From Mobula hypostoma (taxonomy: Eukaryota): a DNA stretch of 64,000 nucleotides. The notes under the pieces were generated by a model that had not been told where the DNA came from, made no database searches, and saw nothing but the letters and a program-made list of their open reading frames with translations. The stretch covers positions 110,362,001 through 110,426,000 of the forward strand of contig NC_086097.1 of the NCBI RefSeq assembly GCF_963921235.1. Direction: 5' to 3'. Each line of letters begins with the position of its first letter. Within the stretch, counting starts at the first letter, position 1. The translations under genes were made by a program, and so were the position numbers. This document shows positions 38,201 through 51,174 of this stretch, piece by piece.

Positions 38201-38724
38201 AGAATGTAGCAAACATTATTTTCAACAGCAACCAGGCTTCAGATTTGAATGTGAATTGTAGATTGAGTTTAAGATGCAGCTCAGAACAATGCTCTTCCTG
38301 GAGCTGCAGGCTGGGGTCGATTACAAACCAGGAAACACTCTATTGGCCTGAAATGTCTGCATATGCAGAACGCAGCTCAGAGAAAGTGGTGATTAACATT
38401 CATTTTGGGTGTCTGGAGTGTTGGTGTGAAGATGGAGATGTTTGAAAATTATATGTAATTCAAAGAATGCATTGTAGGTACATTGTAGAATTGTCCTGCA
38501 TTACCCTTGATCTTTAGCTTATTAAAATGTAATGTAATACCAGAAAGCCTCTTCTTTCAAGAGTGTCTTCAGCATGATGTCTGCTTGATTTACTGAATAA
38601 AGACTTCAATATCACCAGCTTCAGTGTCTCCTGGTGACATTGTTCACAGTCACAACACATTCTCAGGCACTGGATTTAGGTTCCAGTCTCTTCCAGTTTT
38701 GATTTCCACCACTGCCAACATGTT

Positions 38725-39010
38725 TGTAACAGTTAGCTCACTCGCTAGTGACCATGGACTGGAGTTCAATTCTTGCTGCTGTCTGCAAGAAGTTTGTACG
38801 TTCTACCCGTGACTTTGTGAGTTTCCTCTGCATGCTCCAGTTTCCTCCTGTATGGTCAGAGTTATTGAGTAGTGTGCAGGCTACAATGGTGCCAGAAGTG
38901 TGGCCCCCAGCACAATCCTCAAACACTGCTGGCCATTGACACAAAATGATGCATTTCATTGTATGTTTTCATGTTTCAATGTACAGTACAAAAAAAAGCT
39001 AATAAAGCTA
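38725..39010 (+). mobile_element. Decayed V-SINE-like element
   Basis: GAGTTCAATTCTTGCTGCTGTCTG..GTGAGTTTCCTCTGCATGCTCCAGTTTCCTCC; tail shared with 53180-53370 and 63320-63400. Confidence 0.6.
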
Positions 39011-39462
39011 ATTTAGAGTAAAAAAAAAGGGGGGGAATAATGAGATAATGTTTATGGCTTCATGATCTGTTCCGAAATTTGATGGCGACGAGGAAGTAGC
39101 TGTTCCTAAATTGTTGTATGTGGGTCTTCAGGTTCCTCGATGTGAGTAATGGTAAGAGGGCATATCTCAGACTCCTTAGTGATGGAATCCACCTTCCTGA
39201 GGCACTCTCTCTTAAAGATGTCCACAATAGTGGGGAGGGCTCTGCCTGTGATGGAACTAGATGAGTCTGCAGCCTTTTGTGATCCTGTGCATCGGAGTCT
39301 CTATACCAGGTAATGATGCAGCCTGTCAGAATGCCCTCTCAGGTTTTAGTCTTGCCTGTGATGCCCAGACCTGAAAAGTCAATACAATTTAAAAAATAGA
39401 TTGTCTCCTGTGTTCATAATCAATGTGAAGGAGTCAATAGGATGATCAACAATGGTGTAAAG

Positions 39463-39541
39463 CAGTGGTCCCCAACCTTTTTATGCCATGGACCCCTACC
39501 ATTAACTGAGAGGTCTGTGAGCCCCAGGATGGGAACCCATA
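39463..39541. mobile_element. hAT-type MITE
   Basis: TIR CAGTGGTCCCCAACC; 8-bp TSD GTGTAAAG/CTGTAAAG. Confidence 0.8.
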
Positions 39542-40189
39542 CTGTAAAGGAAAGGCAGCAATTGAAGATTATCCCTTGTTGTTGAGAACTGGGTAGCTCA
39601 GATATTGAAGAAGGGACCACAAAGGAATGGGACATTGGTCCAGGTCAGGATGGTATGTGAATTCAATTCCGTTTTGGCTCCAAGCTACTGTAATGATCAC
39701 TTCAAATGTTGCAAATATTGGACTTCACACACGAAATGCTGGAAGAACTCAGCAGGCAGCATCTGGGAAAAGAGTACAGTCGACGGTTCGGGGTGAAACC
39801 CTTCCTTGTGCTGTTCAAATGAACAGACATTATAACACCAGTGCCCAACGACGTATGTCAGGTTATACATGCAGATGTCCAGCGAGAGGTGCATGACGAT
39901 TAATATCAGCACTGTGTTCAAGATTCAACATCATTTATTGTCATTCATCAGGACACGAGTGTAAAAGAGAACAAAATGATGGTTACTCTGGATCTGAAGC
40001 AGCATAAAAAAGCAATGCATATAAGTAACACAATAAATATAAATACATAAGATCAGCTTATATACAGAGACTGACTATGTACATAAAGTGACACTAGTTA
40101 CAGAAGTATCTGTTCATAAGTTGATTCTGACAGGAACTAATAAATCAGAATCAGCTTTAATATCACCGGCATATGTTGTGAAATTTTTT

Positions 40190-40815
40190 TTAGATTTTTA
40201 GATTATGAGGACACGCAGTCCTCTTTTATTGTCACTTAGAAATGCATGCATTAAGAAATGATACAATATTCCTCCAGTGTGATATCACAGAAACACAAGA
40301 CAGACCAAGACTGAAAAACTGACAAAAACCACATAATTATAACATATAGTTACAACAGTGCAAGCAATACCGTAACTTGATGAAGAACAGGCCGTGAGCA
40401 TGATAAAAAAGTTCAAAGTCTCTCAGAAGTCCCACATCTCATGCAGACGGGAGAAGGAACAAAACTCTCCCTGCTATACCCGGCCACAGTCTGACTCTGA
40501 GTCGTCCGAAAACTTCAAGCCTCCGACCAGCCCTCCGACACCGAGCACCCAGCACCATCTCTGTCGAGTGCTTCAACCCTAGCCCCAGTTGCCAGCAGCT
40601 GGCAAAGCTGAGGATCTTGGGGCCTTCCCTCTGGAGATTCTCGATTGCACAGTAGCAGCGGCAGCAAACCAGGCATTTCAGAAGTTACTCCAGATGTTCC
40701 TCTGTGCTCTCACAGCTGTCTCCATCAAATCAGAATTGTGCACGGCCAACAAATACGATATCATTTCACCAGAGAGGCTAGGCGCGCTGCATCGCGCCGC
40801 CATCTTCTCCTCCCT
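40190..40815 (-). mobile_element. Non-coding Rex1-tailed short element (copy 2)
   Basis: Collinear with 7880-8532; head GGAGGAGAAGATGGCGGC. Confidence 0.85.
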
Positions 40816-40894
40816 CTTCCTTTGTTGTTTCGTGGCAGCAGTACATTGCTATACATAGTAATAAAATCTATAAATGACATAAAAAGTATATTTA

Positions 40895-41425
40895 GGTTGT
40901 TGTTGCCGGAGATGGTAATGGGGACAAACTTCCACTACCATTAGATGCCCCCAGTGGTGAACATCTCAAATTGCCTCTGACAACCAGCTCCAGCTCCTGG
41001 CCCTCATGTGTGGCTTAGCTACTAAGCCCAGCAGAACAGTTTCTACCAACAGGAGAATGGGCAAAGGTGGGTTACTGGCGCCTTAAAATCAGTCGCCTCG
41101 GGCAGATGGGGCTCATCAGCCGTGGTTGGCAACTCGTCTAGGAGAAGGAAAACTCTGATCTCAAACCTCCGCTGCCTTTCAGTTATACCCACTCATGGAG
41201 AAGACTTCAGGCGGAAACCCTGAGGGAAAAATCCAGAGCTGGAGTCTCTGAGGCAGTCCTACGTTGAGGTCAATGCTGACTGGCGACTCCTGCGATGTCA
41301 CTGGTGCCAAACTACATCAGTCTTTGCCGTTTTTTGGATTCATCAGCTGCACGGAGAAGGGGATCCCACTGTATGGGCAACAACTTCTCTCCATTTCGTA
41401 CTGCCCTGGCTTGTGTATCATATAG
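40895..41425 (+). mobile_element. Probable RTE-related non-autonomous repeat
   Basis: RTE-5'UTR-like TAGGAGAAGGAAAACTCTGA; 3' part similar to the SINE at 51090-51140. Confidence 0.45.
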
Positions 41426-42379
41426 ATAACGTAAATAAATAGTGCTAAAAGAGAGAGAAGATAAATACTAAGGAAGCAGCTGCCAGAGAAGGTGTCTGCT
41501 TGCGACGGTCTCTCTCTCTCTCTCACTCACTCGCTGCTCATGAAGAAAGGTCCCTGTATTCAAATTATCTCTCTTTCCCTTTGAATTGGAGTGTCCTGCA
41601 GATAATGAACACTCAGTTGAACTGAATATGGACTCATTCATTTTTGTGTTTTATATTCTGCGTATTTGCTTGTTCTTTTTGTTGCCATTTGCTCAATTTG
41701 TTTCTTGCACATGGGGGAAGGTTTGATGTTTTTCTCTGAACAGGTCCCACTGTTTTCTTTGTTTCGTAGCTGTCTGTGGAAAGAAGGATCTCAGGGTTGT
41801 ATGCTGCATACTTACTTCTATAGTAAATGTATTTTGAATCCTTTGATGAGTTCACTGTCCCTTCAGAAATCTGGTAGCAGAGGGGTAGAAGCTTCTCCTG
41901 AAACTTGGTATGTGTCTTCAGGCTCCTGTATCTCCTCCTTGATGGCAGCAATGAACAGAGGGCATGTCCTGGGTGAAGGGGGTCCTTAATCATGAGTGCC
42001 ATCGTTTTGAGGGATCACCTTTTAAAGGTGTCCTGGATGTTGACTGATAGAACTGGCTGAGTTTACAACTTCCTGCAGCTTTTTCCAATCCTGTGCAGAG
42101 GCCCCGTCATACCAGATGGTGAGGCGACCAGTTAGAATGCTGTCTGTAATATATGGATCTATTTCTTTTAGAGCAGTGACCACCCTTAGTACTACGTATT
42201 GATTTGTTGTCCGCGCATGCATATTGTTCTCTTTCTCTCTTTCTCACTCACCGCAATATGAATACAGCAATTAAAGCCATCTCCTGTGTGCGTGCTTTTA
42301 TTTAATTGATATGTAGTTGTGCACAGACACAATAAATCAGTGACGAGTATGAACCTGAAGGTCAGAAAGTATCACTTAA

Positions 42380-43097
42380 GGCTGATTTATACTTGTACAT
42401 ATGAGCTTACACCGTAGCCTACTCAAGTGGGCTACGCCATTGTGAGCATTTATACTTGTGCGTTGGTGTGTCTGCAATTCACTGCCAAAACGCTAGTTGG
42501 TGGTGGGGTTTCTATGCCACTGTGTTGAGTTTCTTTGTGTTGAAACTCAACACGAAGAAACTCAAACTTCAAACAATGGCAACTGAAACTGAAGGAGGGT
42601 GAAATTTCTGTGCTTGTCCGGCCACTGAGAGACATGGACGAGAAAACGCATTTCAAATATTTTTGGATGTCAGCAGGTAGATTTGACGATTTGGTTCATC
42701 GTCTCCAACCATTTATTTTGCATCAGTGTACGCACAGTATACTCAGAGACTGGCAATCACCATTCGAGTTTTAGCTTCAGGTGGAAGTCAACAGGCTGTA
42801 GCAGCTAGCTACAAACTGGCGTCAAGCAAAGGGTCCTCCATAATATCGGAGGTCAGTAAAGCTTTATGGAAAGCATTGCAGCCAGAGTTCCTTCCCTGTC
42901 CTTCAGTTGCCCAAGGGAAGCTATTGCAGCGTAGGAGGAAATGCGATGCTACCAAGCAGACCAATCACAGTTGTGTAGTTACATTTTGGGAGGGGTGCGC
43001 GTTAGACTACGGCGTAGGGTTCGGCATAGAGTACAGCATAGGGTAACGGCTATGCAGTACCTACGGCATACATTTGACACACAAGTATAAGTCAGCC
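42380..43097 (+). mobile_element. Non-autonomous PIF/Harbinger DNA transposon
   Basis: TIRs GGCTGATTTATACTTGT / ACAAGTATAAGTCAGCC; TAA/TAT flanks; transposase remnant [42 protein letters not shown]. Confidence 0.88.
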
Positions 43098-43585
43098 TAT
43101 ACTGAACCGACAGTTACAGGATGAAACAACGAGAGTTAAACGGCACAAGAAGGCCATCGCAGATGCTGATAAACACTAGGTACAGAGCATAGTAACAGTG
43201 AGAGACGCACTGAATTTAAAGTGAAAATAATGTGACAATGGCTTCAGTCGGGAAAGTTGACGAATTTGATAGTGCTGATGAAGCCTGGGAGTGGTATATT
43301 GAGAGGGTTGAACTGTATTGTAATGCGAACAATGTGGAGGAGCAAAAGAAAGCCCCTGCACTTTGTAGCTTAATGGACCCAAGAATATACAGTCTCTTTC
43401 AAAACCTAGTAACCCCTGAAAAGCCAGCAAGCAAGACGTTCAACAAAATTGTTACAGTTTTACAAATTGAGCCCTAAACCACTGGTAATAGCTGAGAGTT
43501 TCAGATTTTACAAAAGGAACCATTCAAAAGATGCATTAAGTGACAGATTTGTATGTGGCATGCTTAGTCAAAGAACTCAAACAAG

Positions 43586-46542
43586 CTTCCAGATTCGTTT
43601 TCAAGCTTCTCGATATGGACTCTCTGAGGAGCCCAGGTACACACATTCAATTAACTGATTCTCCCACTGCGTTCTACGTGCCACACTTTCCGCCATGAGG
43701 AGGTACCTGATGTCCCTATCCCAGTCACTTCCACAACTCCGGGATTCTCTCTTCACCGCCTGTAATGGACCTTCTTTATCCTCCACCGGATCTACGCTTT
43801 CAATCGCCGGTTCTTTGACTTTCTCATGCCCTGCAAGGATCGGAAGATTGCCCGTCTACAGACCACAGAACCCACTGACTCCAACGCCAGCAGGCCTGGA
43901 TGACTCCAGACCACGACCCTGCCGCTGACCTCAGCAGCTCTAATAATCCAGAGCAGATTAGAACCAGGACTCCACCGTCATCAAGGCAGGTTCCAACGAC
44001 CTTGGGCATCTCCAAAGTGCTGATTACGCAACTTTCGACTCTGACTCCGGCCTTGACCTCCAGGCCAGGTCTTCACACACTGCCACAGGAATCCCTGTCT
44101 CCCCTTTCCCAGCCACCACTCTGCAATCCCATTTCTCTCAGGTCCCACTGCCAGCTCCTGGGCCCTCGGAGACTCCATATTCCTCTCACCCTACCATCCC
44201 TGAACACCCCAAACCTCCCTTCCCCTCAGACACTACCAACCCCCTTCCCCCCCCATCCGATCCCAGCTCTCATCCATGCCATTTCCACCATCTCCTCCAC
44301 CTTCCCCTCTCTGAGGAAGAATGTTCTGTCATCAGTAAGGGCCTCAACTTTGTCCCCCTGCACCTCAGTGAATTCCATGCCTGCCACGATGCTGAGGACT
44401 TCTTCCACTGCCTCCGTCTTCAATCCTACTTCTTTGGCAAGGACTCTCCTGCCCACACCGATGACCCCCTCTCCCATCTTCAACCCTCCTCTTCTTCCTG
44501 GACACCCTGCCCTGGTATTCTGCCTGCTCTGGACCTTTTCTTTGCCAACTGCCGATGGGACATCAACCATCACGACTTCAACACTCCTTTCTCCAATTCA
44601 AACCTCACTCCTTCTGAACGCTCAGCTCTCCACTACCTCCACACCAATCCTAGCCTCACCATCAAAGCTGCAGATAAAGGGGGTGCTGTAGTAGTCGTCT
44701 GGACTGACCTTTACCTTGCTGAGGCCCAGCGACAAATCTCAGACACCTCTTCTTACTTATCTCTCGAACAGGACCCCACTAAAGAACACCAGGTCATTGT
44801 CTCCCACACCATCACCAACCTTACTGACTCTGGGGATCTCCCATCCACTGCCACCAACCTCATAGCTCCTGCACCTCACACCTGCCGTTTCTATCTCCTG
44901 CCCAAGATCCATAAACCTGCTTGTCCAGATAGACCCATTGTTTCAGCTTGTTCCTGCCCCACTGAACTCCTATCAGCATACCTCGACTCTGTTTTATCCT
45001 CGCCCCTTCCCCCATTTCAGTCCCTTCCTACCTACATCTGGGACATTTCACAATACTCTGGATCTTTTCAATGATGGGTCCCAGTTATGCCTGCCTGTTT
45101 GTTGGCTACATGGAACAGTTTATGTTCCAAGACTACACTGGTGACCATCCCACACTCTTCCTATGCTACATCAACGTCTGCATTGGTGCTGCTTCCAGCA
45201 GCTGTGCTGAACTCATCAATTTCATCCACCTTGTCTCCAACTTCCACCCTGCCCTCAAGTTTACCTGGTCCATTTCCGACACTTCCCTCCCCTTTCTTGA
45301 TCTCACTGTCTCTGACTCTGGAAACAGCTTATCCACTGATGTCTATTATAAACCCACAGACACTCACAGCTGCCAGGACAATGCCTCTTCCCACTCTGTT
45401 ACTTGTAAAAATGCCATTCCCTTCCCTCAATTCCTCTGCCTCCACCGTATCTACTCTCAGGATGAGGATTTCATTCTAGAACAAAGGAGATATCCTCCTT
45501 TTTCAAAGTAAGTGGCTTCCCTTACTCCACCATCAACGCTGCCCTCAACTGCATCTCTTACGTTTCACGCACGCCTGCTCTTACCCCATCCTCCCGCCAC
45601 CCTACCAGGGATAGGGTTCCTCTTGTCCTGACCTACCAACCCACCATCCTTCACATCCAGCACATACTTCTCTGAAACTTCAACCACCTCCAACAGGATC
45701 CCACCACCAAGCACATCTGCCCCCCCCCACAACTTTCTGCTTTCCACAGGGATCACTTCCTACACGACTTACTTGTCCATTCATCCCTCGCCACTGATTT
45801 CCCCCCCCCCCCCGGCACTTATCCTTGCAAGTGCTACACCTGCCCCTACACCTCCTCCCTCACTACCATTCAGAGCCCTAAACAGTCCTTCTAGGTGAGG
45901 GGACACTTCACCTGTGTGTCTGTTGGGGTCATATACTGTATCCGGATCTCCCAGTGTGGTCTCTTGCATATCGATGAGACCCAATGTAGATCGGGAGACT
46001 GCTTCGCTGAGCACTTACACTCCATCCACCAGAGAAAGCAGGATCTTCCAATGCTCCCCCCATTTTAATTCCGGTTCCCATTCCCAATTTGATATGTCTA
46101 TCCATTGCCTCCTCCACTGTCGTGATGAGGTCATTCTTAGGTTGGAGGAGCAACGCTTATATTCTGTTTGGCTAGCCTCCAACCTGATGGCATGAACATT
46201 GATTTCTCAAACTTCTGGTAATGCTCCCCAACCCCCTCTCTTTCACCATTTCCCACCTCCTTTTCCCTCTCTCACCTTATCTCCTTGCCCACTCATTGCC
46301 TCCCTCTGGTGCTCCTCACCCTTTTCTTTCTTCCATGACCTTCTGCCTTTTTCACCAATTTACTTTGCCCCTTCAGATTTCACTTATCACCTTGAGTTTC
46401 TCTCCCCTCCCTCCTCCTTTTTACTACGCTCCTCAGCTTTTTTTCTCCAGTCCTGCTGAAGGGTTTGGCCTGAACTGTTGACTGTACTCTTTTCCTAGAT
46501 GCTGCCTGGCCTGCTGAGTTCCTACAGCATTTTGTGTGTGTC
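43586..46542 (+). mobile_element. Long decayed Neptune-type PLE (RT + GIY-YIG + 3'UTR + degenerate hammerhead ~46449-46483)
   Basis: IKAADKGGAVV, RFYLLPKIHKP..RPIVSAC, MGPSYACLFVGYME, DVYYKPTD; imperfect TSD ACTCAAACAAG/ATTCAAACTAG inside Gypsy gag. Confidence 0.92.
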
Positions 46543-48905
46543 ATTCAAACTAGGTTATTGGCGGAAAGAGACCTAACCTTAGAACGGGCATTGACCATTG
46601 CAATATCGTTAGAGAACGCAGCAAAAGTTGCAGCAAAACTAGAGGAGGTTAGAATGTGAAATGCACAAGATTTCCCTGAATGGTACAAAAAGCCAAAAAT
46701 GTTGTCAATGTGGCAAATCCTCCCATGATGTAAATAACTGTTGGTTCAAAGAAAAAGTCTGCAGAAAGTGTCACAGTTAAGGTCACATTGATTGTGCAAG
46801 GCAGACAAAAAGCACAACTGAGTGAAAAGACTCAAGCACAAAACTAAGTAAAAGCATAAAGTTACCAAATGTAAAACAGAATCAGACAACAGAGTCTGAC
46901 AAAGGTGAATTGTCATGCCTAGAACTGCATAGTATTACTGAAGCAGATCGTATTATAGTATGGATCACAACAGATGTGCCTGGCATAAAACTGAAAATGG
47001 AGCTGGAGACAGGGTCATCTTTGTCTATAATTCCAGAGGCTGACTACAACAGATTGTTTTCTAAGATACCATTACAGGGGACCTCAATGATGCTAAAGAC
47101 CTACACAGGCAAAAAAGAGTCTCCCAAAGGCAAACTGAAGGTAAATGTGACATATGGAGGCCAAACACAGCAGTTAGAACTTTATGTGTTGAGAAGTGGA
47201 GGGCCAGCACTTTTCAGGCGTGCATAGTTGAGAAAAATCCAGCTAGACTGGCACACAATCAAAGCTCTCAGTGAGACATCAACAGGCAATGGCAGCCCAA
47301 ATAGTAACACTAACCAGAGACTGGCATAGCTGTTTAATGCTAATGAGAAGGTGTTTGGTAAAATCAAAGGCATGAGGCCAGAATTGAACTGGATTAAGCA
47401 ACAACACCAAGATTCCATAAAGTACGCCCAGTGCCTTATGCACTACATCCTAAAGTGGATGCTGAAGTGCAGAGCTTGGAGGTGTCTGTCATACTCTCCA
47501 AGGTTCAGTGGAGTGATTGGGCCAGGCCCATTGCCCCAGTGATTAAGAAAGGGAAGGCTGGAGCTATTCACATATGCGGGGAGTTCAAAGTGAGCATCAA
47601 CCCTGTGCTGCATACTGTGAATAGAAGACATTTTTCAGGCAGGGAGAGGTTTTCAAAGATTGACTTGTCACAAGCCTATCTGCAAATGGAGATTGAGGAG
47701 TCAAGCAGGAAGTTCCTCACAATCAGCACTCACAAGGGGTTGTTTCGGTATAATTGGTGTCGCACCAGCTCCAGCAATTTGGCAAAAGCAATGGACCAAG
47801 TGCTCCAAGATATCCAGGAACACAATGTTACCTTGGTGACATCATTGTGACTGGCAAAAATGATGACGAGCACCTCCAGAACCTTGGTCAAGTTCTTATC
47901 AGGCTGAGTGAGAATGGTCTGCGCTCAAAGAGAAAGAAGTGTGAGTTTTTCAGCAATGAAATCTCATATTATGGACAAGTCATTGACAAGTATGGCTCAC
48001 ATAAGTCATAAGAGAAGATTGAAGCTACCAGCACACAAACCGGAAAATGGGTCACAACTCAGGTCATACTTGAGCCTTGTAAATTACTACCACCAGTTTC
48101 TCTCAAACATAGCTACAGTGCTGCATCCATTGAATACACTGTTACAGACAGGAGCAAAATGGGAATGGTCAGAAAGATGTGAAAAAGCATTCAAGGAAAC
48201 AAAGTGATTAATAACGTCCGATGAACTGCTCACCCATTATGACCCATCCCTGGCCATCAGACTGGTGTGCGATGCTTCAGCTTATGGCATCGGTGCTATT
48301 TTGTCATGCACTATAAAAGATGGATCTGACGGCCTGATTCCGTTTGCTTCAAAGTCTCTGACGAGTACAAAATGCAGCTACACACAGAACGACTGAGAGG
48401 CCCTTAGTCTAGTATGGGGAATAAAGAAGTTTCACCACTACCTCTATGGACAAAAGTTTACACTAGTGACAGATCACCAGCCAGCCTCTTGTGTCCATTT
48501 TCAATCCCAGGAAGGGAACGCCAGTGATGACTGCTACCCAGTTACAATGTTGAGCATTTTTCCTAAGAGCCCGCTCTTATGACATAGAGTTCAACGGTCA
48601 CAGCAATGCTGATGGCTTGTCAAGTCTTCCACTATTGGTAACTGAAGAAGAAAAATCTTCGTACTGTGACCCAGCAGAAGTGTTCCACATTGCACTGGTG
48701 GACCCGTTGCCGGTAACAAATTCTGAAATACAAAGGGAAACAAGGAATGACCCAACATTATCAAAAGTCTATGAAATCATCGTGCAATGATGCCAGCTCA
48801 TGGTAGCTCTATGTTTCCAGAATTCTCAGTGAGAAGAGATCACTGTCAGTATGTCAAGGAACGCTGATGCGTGGATCTCGTGTGCACCATAATGTTAGAA
48901 GCGTT

Positions 48906-49145
48906 CTTCTTCTTCTTTGGTTGTCCATCGAAATCCGATGATGACGATGTCCACTCCTTTAACGGTGAGATCTTTGATGACTACACAGTCCTATCCTGGA
49001 CCCACAAGCTCTATTGCAGGTGGGACATGTATATGTGGTAGTGGTGGCAACCATGGCTGCATTTCTCCTGGTTCTCTTCTGCTGTCTTCTGGTTGTTCTT
49101 TCCATCTCCAGAATACGAACCCCGTCCCTACACAGCTGTCGCCAA
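48906..49145 (-). mobile_element. RTE-clade LINE 3' end
   Basis: C-terminal YTCPTCNRACGSRIGLCSHQRSHR; (GAA)n tail; TSD GTTAGAAGCGTT/GTTAGAAACATT. Confidence 0.88.
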
Positions 49146-50893
49146 GTTAGAAACATTGCATGAAGGTCACCTGGGTACAGTCAAGATGAGGAGTCTCTCC
49201 CAGAGTTACATGTGGTGGCCTGGAATAGATAAGCAGATCAAAGACTTGGTCAAAAGCTGTTCGGGATGCTAAAAGGTTCAAAGTGCACCCCCACAGGCAC
49301 TGTTACACCCATGGGAGTAGCTGTCTTCACCATGGCAAAGAGTATATATTGATTTTGCTAGGCCATTCATGCTCTCCATGTTCCTGATTGCTGTGGATGT
49401 TCATTTGAAGAGGCTGGGGATTATACCAATGAAGTGAACCACCTCAGCAAAGACTGTCTCTGCTGAAAGGTTTATCCAAACCTTTAAGAACTCCATTAAA
49501 GTGATAGATAAGAAGAACATTTCTCTACAGCACAAGGTTGTCAACTTCCTTTTTGTGTTCAGAACTTTGTTCATGAGACGACAAATCAAACACCTGCAAT
49601 GCCGTTCATGAACAGGATTCTGAGATCTCGCAAAGACCTCCTGAAACTAGATCTACGGAGGGAAGTGCAGAATAAACAGTTCAGCCAGTTGCCAAGTGAA
49701 GCAGCAAGGAACTGCGAGGTTGGACAGGAAGTCCTAGTATGTATTACTGAGAAGACAAGCAGACACCCAGTAGAATAGCTACAAGATCTACACTGATGTA
49801 CAAATGGATGTTGGAGATCAGACATGCAGACGTCATGTGGACCAGATACTGGATGCTCAATGGAAGAACACACCTGCATCAACTGTATTCAACAAGACGG
49901 ATATATTAGAGTCACCAAACTTACCTCTCATTTATGACATCACTGATAGCAACGTGACACTGGAAACCAAGAACGTTGTCTTAGACAAGAAACCTACGAA
50001 ACCTGATGCCACTCCACAGGTCCAGATGCATGATGAGAATGTTATTGTTGACAAGTCACCTGCCAAACCTGATGCCTCTCCACAGGTCCAGAGGCGTTAT
50101 CCGGAAAGAAACAGAGAGCCACCCAAAACACTGAATCTTTAGAACTGTGAAGTTAGTTATGGACTCCTCAGAGACATTGACACCGAGGAACTTGAAAGTG
50201 TTCACCCTTTCCACTTCTGATCCCTTGATGAGGACTGGTGTGTTTTCCCTCAATTTACCCTTCCTGAAGTCTACAATCAATTCCTTCACCTTACTGACAT
50301 TGAGGGCAAGGTTTTTGCCGGACACTGCTCAACCAGCTGGTCTATTATGCTCCTGTACACCTCTTTATCACCATCTGAATTTCTGCCAACAATAGTTGTG
50401 TCATCAGCAAATTTTTAGATGGCATTTGTGCTGTGCCTAGACACACAGATGTGGGTGTAGAGAGAGAAAAGCATCCTTGATGTGTGCCAATATTGATTGT
50501 CAGCGAAGAGGAGATGTTATTTCCAATCTGCACAGACTGTGGTCTCCCAATGAAGAAGTCAAGGAACCAGTTGCAGAGGGAGGTACAAGGCCCAGGTTTT
50601 GGAGCTTTTGATTAGAACTGAATGTATGATTGTGTTGAACACTAAGCTTTAGTCAATAAACAGCGCCTTAATGTAAGCATTAGTATTGTCCAGGCGATTC
50701 AAGGCTGAGGGGAGAATCAGTGAGATTGCATCCACTGTAGACCTGTTGTGGCAACAGGCAATTTGCAGTGGGTCCGGGTCCTTGCCATGACTAACCTCTC
50801 AAAGCACTTCATCATAGATGTGAGTACAACTAGGTGATGGTCATTGAGGAAGCTCCCTCTGCTCTTTTTTACTTGTAAAGTAGTGGCACAGTA

Positions 50894-51174
50894 GCCACTA
50901 AGATGGCCAGGTGGTTAAGGCGTCAGTCTAGTGATCTGAAGGTCGCTAGTTCAAGCCTCAGCTGAGCAATGTGTTGTGTCCTTGAGCAAGGCACTTAACC
51001 ACACATTGATCTGTGACGACACTGGTGCCAAGCTGTATGGGTCCTAGTGCCCTTCCCTTGGACAACATCGGTGGCGTGGAGAGAGGAGACTTGCAGCATG
51101 GGCAACTGCCAATCTTCCATACAACCTTGCCCAGGCCTCAGTCATCATCGAAAATCGATGAACAGCTGAAGAAG
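50894..51174 (+). mobile_element. tRNA-headed SINE with CORE-like domain and RTE tail
   Basis: TGGCCAGGTGGTTAAGGC and TAGTTCAAGCC boxes; GTGTCCTTGAGCAAGGCACTTAACC; tail GTCATCATCGAAAATCGATG..GAAGAAGA; 12-bp TSD AGTGGCACAGTA. Confidence 0.85.

Larger units (their letters stand above)
42145..50150 (+). mobile_element. Decayed Ty3/Gypsy retrotransposon (Mag/K02A2.6-like); 5' LTR ~42145-42334, 3' LTR absent
   Basis: TG-start LTR then PBS-like AGTGACGAG; gag MASVGKVDEFD..WYIERV, DRFVCG, two CCHC; protease MELETGSSLSII; RT WARPIAPV, FSKIDLSQAYLQ, YLGDIIV; RNase H CDASAYGIG; integrase WQRVYIDFA. Confidence 0.9.
41835..50870 (-). mobile_element. Rex1-like LINE split by the Gypsy insertion (pieces ~41835-42144 and ~50160-50870)
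   Basis: Left piece SILTG..WY, LLPSRRRYRSLKT; right piece LNVSKVKELIVDFRK..VERVNTFKFLG; pieces are in the correct order. Confidence 0.75.

Noticed and set aside
43900..44691. 263-aa Pro/Ser/Thr-rich ORF
   Set aside because: Mostly an off-frame reading of the C-rich, frameshifted PLE ORF.
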